Positions 25,029-38,382 of a DNA stretch of 64,000 bases are shown here, piece by piece (the stretch's first letter is position 1; the number at the start of each line of letters is the position of its first letter). A program made the position numbers and the translations under genes. The notes below the pieces were generated by a model. It made no database searches and was not told the DNA's origin. It was given only the letters and a program-made list of their open reading frames with translations. Source of the DNA: Octopus vulgaris (lineage: Eukaryota). Where the stretch lies: contig OX597820.1 of assembly GCA_951406725.2 (NCBI GenBank), forward strand, positions 94,364,001 to 94,428,000. The letters are read 5' to 3'.

Positions 25029-25039
25029 GGCTCCCCTCC
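25029..25039 (-). other. Polypurine tract
   Basis: Minus strand GGAGGGGAGCC immediately before the 3' LTR TG. Confidence 0.8.
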
Positions 25040-26553
25040 AGTGCGTACACACGAAAGGAAACTTATTGTAGTGACTGCAAAACTCAAGGTGGACACCAGA
25101 TAACCAAATAGCACACAATAATATAATGGCAAAATTTATAACATACACAAGAAATTTACTAAAGGAAAAAGAGAAAAAATACTCAATGAGCAAAAATCAA
25201 GAGTGCATGCATGAAAGTGTATACGTCACAAAAGTATAAACCCTTCCGCTGAAAGGAGCGGAAGAAGAGGCAGAACTCACAGTTATTGAACCTAGGCGAA
25301 ATTAAAATCCAACTTCTCTAAAGGTAGTTGATCCTGCAAAATAGCAGTTAAATCAATTGCTGCAGGAGAGGAAATGGAATTGACAGAAGATCGCTAGTAA
25401 CACAAAAGGCAAAAGTGCAAACATGCTGGTGTGATGCGCGACACAGATAATTTTCTGTTAATTTACGTGACCAACAAGGGTCTAACAGGGAAAAATAATT
25501 ACGCCTAAACATGGCGCAGCGCATATGAACATCCGACATGAGTCGGGAAAAGAAATCAAGCTAACGCAAAACGTGTTGCAAAAACAAGGCAAGTACACGT
25601 GCGAAGCAATAGGCGCATGAAATGCAACAGTGCTTGCCAGACCAAAAAAACAGCAAGAACATGCCAGTGATTGAGCGATTATATGCCTCGGTCGTACAGG
25701 AACAAAGGTATGACATGCTGGCGCGTTATAATGGACAAACAACCCTCTCTATGTATTCGTGACCGACCTAGGGTCTATAGAAATGAGGGGTGTCCACAAA
25801 AGGCAAATTTAGCATGGAACAAAACAAGCGAGAAAAGCACGTGTGACGTATGTATGTGAGAGAGAGCATTTATGTGTGTGTACGTGTGTGCGACAGAAAT
25901 ACATACAAGGTAAATGCGAGCAAAATACAAAAAATACAGCGCATAGAAAAAATGTCTCTCGGGCTATTCCAGACAAGAATTAATTTACCAGTCTGTAATA
26001 GCCTGATGTACAATAGCAGTTCGTTCTGTAACAGAATGTTGAAATCACAAAATGCAGATGCCGGTTGAACACATATCGTGTAACGGTTGTGGCTTCAATG
26101 CTGTGACAGGTTAACTGGAACAGAAGAAATCTCGTAGAAAGTGCTGTAAAATCCTTGGTGTGCTAATGCACAAACGGCAAATGGACTAAACTTCCGCGAG
26201 TTGCTATGTACATCTTGGTGGAGGTCGACGGTGTTGAAAGGCGACGTTGGTGGTGGAAGGCGACTGTAGTGGACTTGGGACAACATCGTTCTTAGTGATG
26301 ATGGCGACGAAGATAGCGACGACGTGAAGTAGACAGACGACGATGATGATGACGAAGGTGGAGAAAAGGCATCGATGATGTGATGGCGTTCGTCATCATG
26401 GCTGTAGAATAAGAAAGAGGCTCCTTCTACAACTTTGTGGTGGCCGGAAAACAAATCGTCGAAAGATGAATGCGTAGAGTTAAATCGTGTTCCGACTTCG
26501 CAGAAAAACTGGATTTTTTTTTGTTGATAAGTGATCTCTGGTTTTAGACCAGA

Positions 26554-26571
26554 ATCACGTCGGGGTCACCA
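26554..26571 (-). other. Primer-binding site complementary to tRNA-Trp 3' end
   Basis: + strand ATCACGTCGGGGTCACCA equals the 3' end of metazoan tRNA-Trp(CCA) including CCA, 2 nt from the LTR. Confidence 0.85.
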
Positions 26572-26573
26572 CT

Positions 26574-27183
26574 TGTACGAGCTTATGTGAAGTAAATATC
26601 TCTTGTGCACTTTTGGGGTGCACAAAGCAATCACTCACTAGCCGTTGCTTTAATAATCCAGAATCTCTACTAGTCAGAAACAAACAGGACGCTGACGTGA
26701 AATATATATATAATTACTTTATTCTCTTTCTTGGTAAACAATAACAATAAGTGTGTTATCTGATGTCCTTGATTCGGGCGCGCAAGGCTGAAAGTTAATA
26801 GATTGTAATATTTACAATGTCCAGCCCAAAAACAGAAAGGATTCAAGATGGCGTCGAACAATGGAGACAATGCTGGTCTGCAACAATTTTGGTTAAAAGT
26901 CTTCGGCCAAAGGACTGCTAGAATCTAATCCTGACGGAGAGAATATATGCGTGACCGTCGCCGTCAATCGCTGGGTTCCCAAGTCACCGCTTGCTGGACG
27001 CTAGCGGTCAAACGTTCTACGACCCCCTTGCCTCGCTAACTGCTACGTAGGCAATAGGGTCGTGCTACCGGTGGTTCGCGCATGCGCGAGAGGGCCTTCC
27101 TTTCTGTGCCTTGGTGAAGGCACCAACACGCGCGAAATACAAATGGGCGGTGCGCGAGCGCGCGCCGTTGTCGGATCACTACA
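26574..27183 (-). repeat. 5' LTR (610 bp)
   Basis: TGTACG...ACTACA, adjacent to the PBS. Confidence 0.92.
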
Positions 27184-28485
27184 ACTGAAACAAGTAAAAG
27201 AGTAAAAGAGTAACCGTGTATTTTTAACTAACTCCAAGTAGCATGATATAAACTATGAGTAGATAAAAATATTAGCTCGAAGACAAATATTAATTTAACT
27301 AAGCCAGTATACATTATGTCAATCATTGTTTTGTTATCTCCAAAACTACACGCTATTGGCTTCCTGCCCTCATTTATATCAGTTTCCGTTTGTACAAAAT
27401 GACCTTAGTAAATATAACATTACGGTATCTGCTTTACTAATGTATTTTGAATAGCATCATTGTCTGTCTTGTTTTGCTAACCACTGTTTACTTTAATCCC
27501 AATTATTTACATGAATGCTGAAGCACCTACTGTTTCAGATTGGGGCATTCAGGTGTAAATGTTCAAAATTTCAGCTTAACATATACCCTTCCTACCTTTT
27601 CTTCTATTTTGAAAAATGAATTTTATCTAATTCGTTGATCACTGTATTTTAGTCTGTTTCATTAATCCTTGTTATTTTATTTAGTTTTAGTATTTCCTTA
27701 TTTGAAATTAGACTTAGCACACATTGCTTGTACAACTTCAAATTGTATGGCTTTACTGAACTCATTCATCAGTTTTTGATAAATCCTGTTTAATTTTCAT
27801 TAATCATCATTTTTGTTTCTCCTTTTTTTATTGTCATGCTGTGTTCTATGTAAATTTTCAATCTCTTTTGCAGTTTACCTTATCCATTATCGCCGCAGCA
27901 AATACAAATATAGAACCGAATGAAATACCTGCACCGGATAAAATAATATATAATATTTGCTCCGACTCCTTACATTCTAAGTTCCAATCCCGCCAGAGTC
28001 ATTTTTCTTTTTGTCCTTTCGGGTTCACTGATATAAAGTATTAGCCAAGTACTGGGCCATTGGTATCAACAAACCCTTTCTGTTCAAAATTACTAATCTT
28101 ATAATAATTATCATTGTTGGTTTGACAGAGTTGCTAGAGCATCGGAAAAAAATAAGTTCAAATGGCGCCGAGGTCAATTTGCCTTTTATTATTTCAGGTT
28201 TGATGAAATAAAATACCTCCAATGTACTGAGATCTATGATACCGACCAGCCTCCCCCAGAAAAAAATTGCTGCTCTTGTGCCTAAATCAGAACCACTCAT
28301 TATTAACAGAAGTGAGCTGACAGAATCGCTAAGGCGTCGGGCAAAACGTTTTCTGGCATTTGTCCCGACTCATTAGGTTCTGAGTTCAAATCTTGCCGAG
28401 TTCAGTTGTGCATTTTATCTTTTCAGGGTCGATAAATCTACTAACACCGCCCTTCAAGATTGCTGGTTTTGTTCCTATAGCAGGA

Positions 28486-28520
<35 letters not shown>

Positions 28521-30250
28521 GCTAGTGCATGCTAATTTAGTTACCAGGTATGTTATCTTGTGGTTTGGTGACACCAAATCTCACGAGTCTTCTTTGATAT
28601 TCTTGCAGATGTTACTTTTCTGCAGGTCGACAAAGTAAGTTTCAATTCCAATCTCTATAGTAATAATTGTTGTCTTGGCCTTCCACAGTTTCCTCAACTC
28701 TCTGGCTAGATCCTGATATGAATTTTTTTTCAATTACTTTGGTATCGACTCTGCTATCATAGGGAATTGCAAAATCTATGATCTTACGTTTTTGTGCATT
28801 TTGTTCACTATGATCAAATCCGTTTTTTTTACGTCTATAACACGACCAACTTTTTTGGTGATATCCCACAAGATCTTGTAATTCTCATTTTCTATCACAA
28901 CCTCTTGTTCGTGTACATACCACTTTTCTGTTATCTTGAAGCCACGCACTCAGGTAACATCCCATTACACTCTTTTGCCTACACAGTCATGTCTGCGCTT
29001 ATATTTCTTTTGTGTTAGTGTACTGCGTTTACTCAAAAGCTGATTGATATGTTCGTCTCCTTTCCTGCAGATTCTACATTCGCTGTCTGATTAAGTTTTG
29101 CCGATCTTTGCTTTTATCAGAGTTATTCTAAGGGCTTGTTTCTGAGCGGCCATAATTAGCGTTTCTGTTTCTCGTTTCACGTTTCCATTCGTCAACCAGA
29201 GTCAGCAGTCTTTATTCCCAACATTTTAGTAGTATAGTTCCATCTCTTTCCATCTGTTTGCTCCGTCGTTCTTTCTTTTCTCTGAATTCTCCTACTGTTT
29301 CGGTCACTTCTTGGGTATCGTTGGCAGCCGATAGTATTCTTTATTTACTCTGCACAACATAATTTTTCAGACCCCGTCTTCTGCGTTTAGCAATCCTCTG
29401 CCACTTTCCTATATTGGTAGGTAGAGTCGGCCGGTATTGCTTTTAGGGAGGAGTGCGTTGTGCATTGTGAGCATTTTCCTAGTTCTATCCAAGTTCTGTA
29501 GCTCGACCTTTGTCAATTTCAGAAAGAGAGCAGAGTATCTCAATACGGACACATCCCAGGTATTTATGGCTTTAATGATGTTGCAGTCATTTAATTTTGT
29601 TTCGAGGACCTTCCTAATTCTTCTCTTGTACACTTTAGTGACTTTCTCTCACATTTATCCTTCCATTATCCTATTGTCTTGCACCATTCCTAGATATTTG
29701 TACTCCTCATTATTCCACAACGATCTAATGATATTGTTTTCTGGCATTTTAATTCCATCACAGTTTACATTCCAGCCTCTTCAGAATTAGTACAATGCAT
29801 TCCGTTATTTTCACTGAATACTCTCACTGTTTTATTTTCTGTAAGCAGCTTGAGATCATCCACATAAAATAGGTAATTCACTCTCATCTTGGATTTAGTA
29901 AACTCATAAGTAGGCCTGAATTTTCTTAGTCAGTGGGATTAGCACAATGACAAAAAGTAATGGAGAGAGCTAGTCTCCTTGGAAAATGCCTCTGCGTATT
30001 TTCACGTAGCCTAGTGTGGGAAACGTTGGCACTGTTTCCCACATTTTCATTGCTTTCTCCAAAAACTTGTTTATCTTTTCATTGACTACGAAATTCTTCA
30101 GACATTCCAAGAACCAGTTGTGTAGGACATTGTCGTAAGTCATCCTGTAATCTATCCATCCAATAACTAAATCCTTCTTTACTCGTACTTCGTTTAATAT
30201 TCTTGTATCTGTATATAGCAGATCAGCAGTTCCCCATGATTTCTTCCTTA
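28486..30250 (-). mobile_element. Decayed R4/Dong-clade LINE (RT, zinc knuckle, RLE) with (TAA)n tail
   Basis: RRGIFQGD*LSPLLFVIVLIPL, FYVDDLKL, IKAINTW, CRICRKGDEHINQL, KRRHDCV, IIDFAIPYD. Further fragments at about 23270-23400, 34400-34700 and 53097-53240. Confidence 0.85.
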
Positions 30251-31230
30251 ATTTCTGTGCTTAAGGATAGTAAACGGTAGAAATAAGGTGGTCAGGTAGA
30301 TTTTACACTTTACACCTGGTGAACATTTATTTATTAGTTAATCAAGGGAACTTTTTTCTAGTGGAATAGCACTGAAAATTATTTGTCATAGCGGAGGAAG
30401 CACTGTTCACGTCACCCACATAAGAAGAGGAGAAAAAGACGTAAAAGTATTAGTACATAATTTGTGTACCTGATTCTTCAAGAGTGAGAACGAAGCTAGG
30501 TGACATGATGCAGTGGTATGTCACACACCTGCCAACAAACTGGGGCCGCAACGTATAGAATTGAAGAATACAAGATTTACAATGTATAGAATGAAAGACT
30601 ATAGGATTCACAGCCAGAGATATTGGTTTTGGTGAGAATCCTTAGCTCGTTGTCACCTTCACAGCACAGTATGGACCGTGGGTGAGTTTAGAGAGAACGC
30701 AGAACAGTGTATGGTCGGGGGAAGTCCCACTTTCTTCAAGATTCCTTATTATCTTAATCAGTTCCATTTTGCTTTCTTTTAAGTATAATATTTTCTATCT
30801 ACTGTTGTTACATTATGGTAGCTTTTATTTGTTTCAAATTCCATCTTCCTTCTGTGTAGGGAGAAAATATTCTGCTTATATTTGCTTCTGGGGATGCCTT
30901 CAGAACATTATTGAAATAGTTTTCCAGTCTAAGAATTTTTAATAACTTCTGTTTTATGTCGAAGTTGTTTTCTGTAAAACATATGACTCGAGCACGAATA
31001 TTTACATTTATTTCATTTCTGACATTACTAGTCTAGTTCTTCTGTGGTACTCATTTCAAATTTCTCCTTCATTTCCTTTATGTGTCTCAGTTTCTTCGAC
31101 TCGAATCCTATGTATTTGTATAGGTGACTGTGATGTAATTCTCAAATTTAGTTCGTTTTATCTATCTAATCTATCTAATCTATCTATCTATCTAATCTAT
31201 CTAATCTATCTAATCTATCTAATCTATCTA

Positions 31231-31276
<46 letters not shown>

Positions 31277-31311
31277 TTTCTCCAAATTGAGGAAATGAAG
31301 CAAGGTTACAT

Positions 31312-31552
31312 ATGTTTCTTAGCTAGCAGAACCTCGGAAGTAATAATTACTCGACGAAGGGTACTCCACTAGCTAGAAGGTACCTCAGTAAAATGAAGGT
31401 TATATTCGATCGATCAAATCTGCAAGTTAACTTGGGATCCTTTGACGACCATGTAACATTCATTTAATTAAGGTATCTTCGGCCTGATGAGTGGTTAGTT
31501 AAATACCCTTCGTTCAGTAATTATTACTTCCGAGGTTCTGTTAGCTAGGAAA
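31312..31552. repeat. Imperfect fold-back element (MITE-like)
   Basis: TGTTTCTTAGCTAGCAGAACCTCGGAAGTAATAATTACT.GACGAAGGGTA versus TACCCTTCGTTCAGTAATTATTACTTCCGAGGTTCTGTTAGCTAGGAAACA. Confidence 0.75.
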
Positions 31553-31559
31553 CAAACTT

Positions 31560-32110
31560 CCTACACCTGAATCCTTGAATCTTACATCGATTTACAAGCC
31601 TATCCTCGAGGGAGCCAGATACACTCCAAAGTCGGTCACTCTGATAGTTTACTGTCTGTTCGATGTCAAATTTCCTTTCATCAGTGAATACCGGGTTGGG
31701 CAGCGTGCCTTCAGCAATCTGATGCAGAATACGATGACTTCTTTTCAGTCTCATGGCCTTGTAAACTCGTGTAAGCTCATGACGGTGGATCATCTGGTAG
31801 AGGTGGATCTTGAGCACCACCCTCAGCACTTGATACTTCGATGTTCGGCTTATTTATGCTGTGGCAGTTAGTTTTCTGACAGAATTATGAGGATTTTGCG
31901 CATCTTTTCTCTAGTAATTTTGATAAGCTGAGGAGTCTGTACACTTCTATTTCGGCCATGTCCAGGTTGATCAGCTGTGGAACCAGCCTCTTGAAAGTTT
32001 TTGACAATTTTTCAGACAGTTGTTCGGTTAATTTTAAGCATTTTTGCTATAGTGGAATTACTTTCGACGCCCTTGTGGAGAGTTATGAGGGTAGTTTGGT
32101 CTATAGCCAT
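31560..32110 (-). mobile_element. Tc1/mariner (DD37D-like) transposase N-terminal relic
   Basis: PNPVFTDERKFDIEQTVNYQSDRLWS matches the FTDEK.F....N.QNDR motif. Confidence 0.7.
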
Positions 32111-32560
32111 TATCTAACTTATAAATCTGAATTTATTTAGTCTGAAACAAAAGACACACTCAGTTTTTATAGTAATGTATAATTTTCATATTTTATCACA
32201 TTTATTGATAGTTATGAAACACCTTTCTACTGACCGTTCCTCTACGCACATGTGAAGAGACACGCAACTACACAAAAGACCACCACTCTTGTTACCATGC
32301 TTCTGAATTCTTCCTACAACATTAAGAGACACAAAGTTCATTCACACATGCACATACAAACAGCCAACACCGCACAAACAACACACATACACAACACATA
32401 CTCAACACATACGCACCCACACATGCTTTTACACATACACACACAGACTTGCGCGCATGCACATACCCACGCATACACACTCATACCTCCTTCTTTTACG
32501 CTCTCCTGTCTCAGAAAGAACTTTTTTTTCATCCATCCCCTTCAGGTCATTTCAAAATGT

Positions 32561-32746
32561 AACCACATTTGAATCGTTGGCGATTTTCTTCCTCCGTCTT
32601 CGTTTGTATTGGACTTTCCTCTCTTTCTGAAGAAGAGCGAAACTCGAAACGTTAAACCACCTTTCATTCCCTGAGCGTCGGCTAAAACTTTACATGTGCC
32701 ACGTCCTCGCGTTGTTGTTTATTTGTTGTTGTTTTCGGGGATTTAC

Positions 32747-32748
<2 letters not shown>
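32561..32748 (+). mobile_element. Penelope-like pseudo-LTR (solo) with minimal hammerhead at 32624-32656
   Basis: TTT-CTGAAGA-A-GAG-CGAAA-CTC-GAAAC-GTT-AAA. Homologous to 17610-17819. More decayed copies at 46451-46652 (+) and 62832-63045 (-). Confidence 0.7.
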
Positions 32749-32778
<30 letters not shown>

Positions 32779-33066
32779 TATATGTATATCTAATATATAT
32801 GTCTTCTTCTTTTCTCTTCTTCCTACTCCTCCTCCATTCCTACTCCTCTTCCTCCTCCTCCTCCTCCTCCTCCTACTACTACTACTCATTATCATCGTCA
32901 TCATCACTTAAGAATCTACTACACCTCTGTGTTCATGAAATGTGTATAGTATTGTCTTTTGGAAGGGTAGGATTGCGTTGTATGTTATATAGCTGCTTTG
33001 TAGAATTTGGTTTGTTGCTTCCTGGTGTTATTTAGGTGTGTTGTCTCTTTTATCTTTGTTCTATAC

Positions 33067-33329
33067 CATGGTTCCCAAACTTTTTTGGGCACCCAAGCCA
33101 CAGTCTTAAGCCCCCACCCCAACTTATTACCACAAACATAGACCTCTTACTGAATCAAATTGAAAGCAAATGCATTTCACAAATAAAACTTAACCTCATT
33201 AACCTATTATTTTGTTGTTTTTACACCAGTCGCCCTCTTGATCACTCCATTATCATCCCACTTTCAATTCCCCCTCAGAGCTTTCCACTGCCCCCCAGAG
33301 GGCAGTACTGCCCACTTTGGGTACCACTG
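33067..33329. mobile_element. hAT (Charlie-like) MITE
   Basis: TIRs CA(-)TGGTTCCCAAA and TTTGGGTACCACTG, degenerate 8-bp TSD TTCTATAC/CTCTATAG. Confidence 0.65.
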
Positions 33330-35009
33330 CTCTATAGGGTCTGTGCAATGTGAGCTATTTTGTTGAGTGACGTTATATTTCGTATGTGTTACTTGAGTTG
33401 TGCTACATGTTTCAGCGCTAGGTGGGACAGTACTTGAGTAGAGAATGAGTTGTCAGAGTTGTTGGTGGTTTGAATTGTGTAATAGTGTCAGGTATCGATT
33501 AAACAGTGTAACGGATTTTTTATCTGTTTCTTTTTGCCTTTGGTCAGTAAGTGTTATTTCCTATCTGCTTCTACCTAGAAATCAAAGAAAATGACTATCA
33601 TTCACTTCATTCTTTGTTTTTGTGTCATGGGAATCAATGTTTTAAAACTGACCTATTTTCCATTTCATTTCAGACAGAGTCGGTGCTGAGTTGCTGAAAC
33701 AGAAATATTTTTATAGCAAATATAACAAATTTACTTGTCAGTTGCTCGACCTTAACCACTTGAGCATATCCCTTAGTGGCTGACAATATGTGCATTTCTG
33801 ATCATGAGCAGGAGTAGTGGGGGAGCACCATAGCCATATGTTGAGAAAGATTCTTTGAGGTTTGAATAAATATAACAAAAGCAAAGTTTGAAGGAATTAT
33901 TAGCCATTTTTTATACTTTCTAAGGGTAAGCAAATATGAAATATTTATCCAAGACCAAAAATTGTGAATACAGTGTTATTTAAATATATTACTATATAAA
34001 TTTGCTGGGTGGTGATTACGTAGGATATATGTTGTTAGGTTTGTATTATATTGTTAGGGAGTAATTCTGGAGACGCTTCAAGTTTTTATAGCGTATGGGT
34101 TATGACGTGTACTATGTGAATTATGATATTGTATTGAAAGTGTATCGCATGAGATGTAAAGCTGAAAAGTCTGACTGGCCTTTTATCTTCTTGTTCATAT
34201 TCTTTTTTACCGTATTCAAAATGCTTAGCAGCACTTCGACCATCTTAACGTTCTAGGTTCAAATTTCGCCGAGGTAATCTTTGCCTTTCATCCTTTAGGG
34301 AGTCGATAAATTAAGTACCAGTCAAGTACTGGGGTCGATGTGATCAATTATTCCCCTCAAACTCCAGACCTTCTACCTACAGTAGAAAGGATTCTTCTTT
34401 ACCCTATCAATTCTTATTGAGACCGTTTTAACATTCATTTCCACATCCTGCCCATTTTCAGTTCAAGATCCTAATAATTTGATACGTTCTCGACCACCTT
34501 CTAGGTACCATTTTTTTTTCGGAAGGGTTACAGACATCTATGAGAATACAGATAATTTTAAGCCCGTCTCTGATAATTATATCTCGAGGTTTTGCTACCA
34601 GCTCATACTTAGTTTGTACATGCAAGCTCCATATTAGTTTTATCATGTACCATGTTTCGTTCACGCTTATATACTTCTCAGTATTCACTTCGAAATGTTA
34701 GCATATTGCTCAGTGAATATAGCTGCTTAGTCGATAAAGTTTGTGGAAATATTCTGACTTTGCAAAGATTGAAGAGCAAAATGGGCGGGTTCAGCTGTCT
34801 CGTTATACTGATCGCATAGTTTGCACTGATGTTAGCGCCTTGTTTATTTTGTGATTTAAAGTTTTTCTCTCCCTGTGTGGCTAAACATTGCTCTTGTTGC
34901 GGATAAACCCAAGCCTGACGTTGTTCCTTTTCACCTGAAGCTGGAGATAGCATTGGTATTTTTCTCTTATTAAGTTTCTTTCTATTGTTAAGTGTTATCT
35001 ATTGCATGT

Positions 35010-35305
35010 TGTGAGGTTGTGAGCTCGGATCCCGGACCGGGCTGCGTATTGTGTTCTTGAACAAGACACTTTATTTCACGTTGCTCCAGTTCACTCAGCT
35101 GTAGAAATGAGTTGCGACGTCACAGGTGCCAAACTGTATCAGCCTTTGCCTTTCCCTTGGATAACACTGGTGGCGTGGAGAGAGGAGGCCGGTATGCATG
35201 GGCGACTACTGGTCTTCCATAAACAACCTCGTCTGGACTTGTACCTGTAAGGATAACTTTCAAAGTGCAATCCCATGGTCAGTGCCGTGACCTAAGGGGG
35301 TCTCA
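35010..35305 (+). mobile_element. SINE family D (core GTGTTCTTGAACAAGACACTT...CACTCAGCTGTAGAAATGAG)
   Basis: The core resembles central domains of invertebrate tRNA-SINEs. Related pieces at about 940-1030 and 14370-14490. Confidence 0.55.
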
Positions 35306-38102
35306 GATTGCATGTTGTCTGTGATCTGAAATTTTATAGTATGTTCGTAGTCTTGTTTTCAGAGACAGATGACGTTCATATGAATAGCATAGAACTTTCT
35401 CAATACCGAGCTGAAACTTGGTAGCCAGGTGTATTTTTTCTGCTTTGCTGTATTGTGGTGATTCCAAATATACTTAGCTGGAGCTAATGCAGGACAAACT
35501 GATGCAATGCGATGGAAAGTATAGCAAATAGATCTCCGTCCGTTTTGACGATGATCCTTGAGTTGTTCAATTAACTGAGCTACCTGCTCATTGGATTAGA
35601 TTGTCATTCTCAGGCACATCCAACATGACTGTGTATGTGAGAAGGCAAGACTCTCGGATTTGAGATAAATTCATCCAACGGGTTTCTTTTTGTTTAATGT
35701 TCCATTTTTACTCACAAGGTTTCGGTAGATGATAAACTACGTTAAAAGATACTTACTCAAGATGCCACACAATGAGAGCATCGATACAGAAAATGCACTA
35801 CACAGGCGACGAATGTCGCCAGTGTAGTGTATGTAAGAATCATGGACATTCCTTCAATATATCTAGTTGTAAGAACCTGCTAGATAGCCATGCTTCTGTA
35901 ACCCCAACATACTGGATATGACTACGTGATGCAGAGGAAGCGTCTATATTATACATGGGATATTCAGTCTATGGTAGCACTGCGCATGTTAGAGTTCATC
36001 TTTATGGTGCTGTTGGCGTTATTGTTTGGCCCCAAGGTCCACATTTATTGGGTAGACAGACATTAACAAAAATGTTTTAACTGTTACTGCCCTGTCATTT
36101 TACATTAAATTTAATTTACTTTTTTCTCCATTCAGACAGGGAGTGGAATTTGAGGGATATATGACTGCTTTTTCTAGCGATCACTTTGTAGCCCTCTTTT
36201 CAGTATGGTTGTTTTTGCTGTTGTTGTAAATGTTCTTTATGAAGATGTTTCTTTTGTTTGTTTGTTTTCCTTCCTTGTTATTTTTGTCGATGCTGTTGTT
36301 CTTGTTGATTTTGTTGTTGTTGCTGTTGTTTAACTCCAGGTCAGCACGAAATCGAGCGGCCATATATGATGTCAGTGATCACCGCTTTTTACCTCCAAAT
36401 AGTGCACTACATTATACAATGTGACATTTTCATTGTAAGGCTTTAGGGCGTGATTTGAAGGAGATGGGCTGGTACTTTTAGCAGGCCAAGATAACTCCGT
36501 ACATACGCATGTGCATATCTTTTTTTTTTATCAAAGTCATCATTTGTGTCATTGATATAAGCGTTTTTATTGATTTTCGAATATAATTCGATTGTTTTCT
36601 GGTTTTTGGGTGTGTGTTAAAAAGAATAATACTCCAGTACCGATAAACATTTACTATAAGGTTATACGACTACAGTCGACGATGTTGCGATTTAGGAGAG
36701 TCGTTAGAACGTCGGATAAAATGTTCAGGATTTGTTCTGGCTTTCTTCCTTCTGCGATCAAATCCTGCTGAGATCAACTTTACTTTCCATACTTACGAGA
36801 TCGATAAATATAGTATTAGTCCGGTTCTTAGGTCAATTTCTTCTTCTGTCTTACTTTCCCTCAATCTATTTCTCATTGGAAGAAATCGACTGTATTCAGT
36901 ACTAGAGAGGGATAGGCTTCACCAGGTTTCAAATACCCAAGATATGCTGTATGTCATAGCGCCACCCCAACGAATCCGTTAGGAGTTAAGAACATCTCCC
37001 TACGAATCAATAATGCCAGGTAACAAGACATCTTGTGAGTAGGAAAAATAGTGGGATGTCAGTGATGACAGCCTTCTTAATGTATAGATCATCAATATGA
37101 GAGAGACGACATTTTGATGTTACTCTCCAAATGACTTACCGAGATCGGAGGTACAATTCATTCTCAAGGATTTACCAACCACAAGGATTCTCAAGGATTT
37201 ACAAACTACAAATATCTTCCAATTTATAGAGACTACAAAATGATAACAACATTTAGCGGTTCTTTATCCACTCCCTTACTATTTCTCTCTTTTTTTCTTA
37301 TTGATAAGAACTGGATATACTTTTTAGTATGTCATAGCTTTATATTTTCACACGAACGTTTACATAAAAGCAGATATGTAAATAAATAAATACACTGCAT
37401 CCCGCTACCCAATAATTGCCTACCACCATTTCTTCTTGAAATTTATAGTGGACGAATGTCGTATTTATAAAGTAATATATGATATTTGTTTTAGGAAACA
37501 CCATGCATTTCAGTCTAAATAACATGTTCTTATGTTCCAGTTCATTTACTACAGAACCATATGTTAAGGCTTGGACTACAAACATATCAATGGGGTAGGG
37601 GGTATTTAAATAGGTTTTTAGGCTACATGCCTTCCATGAAATATAAGGTTTGGTTCCGACTTTAGGGCTACGAGTAAAACATCATGGTATTAACTTTGTT
37701 TACAAAGAAGGAAAGATAATATAAGAAAGTAAAGTATACGTAACTTTCTCTAGCTTTGTTATAGATTCAACCACGAATCGAAACCAGATTGTAGACTACT
37801 TTGGCTTTATAGATCACCATTTCTGTCTTTGGTTTGAGCATTTTTTTTTTTTTGCGTCTTAGATTTCAATTTTAGACTTCAGTGGATTTATATTTAATTT
37901 GCTATATTGCTTGACGTTCGCATTCAACAAATCAACCAGCGTAGAAAAAATCTTTATTTGGTTTGAATCATACGGTCCTAACAACTTCATGTGAGGCTAA
38001 GTTCTCACGCAAAATACATTAATATACGCTGTGATACAAACGCCGATTTTACATACAGCAATACCCATATAGGTACTATGTATGTATGTATGTATGTATG
38101 TA

Positions 38103-38222
<120 letters not shown>

Positions 38223-38382
38223 AGAGAATAAAGTGCACGTACGCCGCTATATATATATATATATATGTATAATACAAAATGGGACAAGAACGCAAAACAT
38301 CTAAATAGACGATACGGACGGGTCATTCGAAGCCTTTAATCTTCAGTCAAGAATCGGATCATCCTCGCAATTTCGGCTATGC

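Larger units (their letters stand above)
24415..27183 (-). mobile_element. Complete non-autonomous LTR retrotransposon (Gypsy-like signals)
   Basis: Two TG...CA LTRs, 4-bp TSD ACTG (24411-24414 and 27184-27187), PBS and PPT present, about 1.55-kb interior with no gag/pol motifs. Confidence 0.92.
24037..27213 (+). mobile_element. SINE family A split by the LTR element (24037-24414 plus 27184-27213)
   Basis: Tail ...CAGTCAAATGACTG stops at 24414 and resumes ACTGAAACAAGTAAAAGAG at 27184. Confidence 0.9.

Noticed and set aside
26095-26454. 119-aa ORF in the LTR interior as gag
   Set aside because: Low-complexity Ser-rich sequence with no capsid or zinc-knuckle motif.
26554-26571. tRNA-Trp gene
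   Set aside because: Only the 3' 18 nt including CCA, next to an LTR. It is a PBS.
31485-31500. CTGATGAGTGG within the fold-back at 31.3-31.55 kb
   Set aside because: No partner helix II strand or GAAA at the right spacing.
37144-37260. CUB-like peptide GGTIHSQGFTN...Y in intron 2
   Set aside because: In-frame stop just upstream, no phase-compatible splice sites, no Cys/Trp motif, and it contains a local duplication. Exons 2 and 3 already join correctly.
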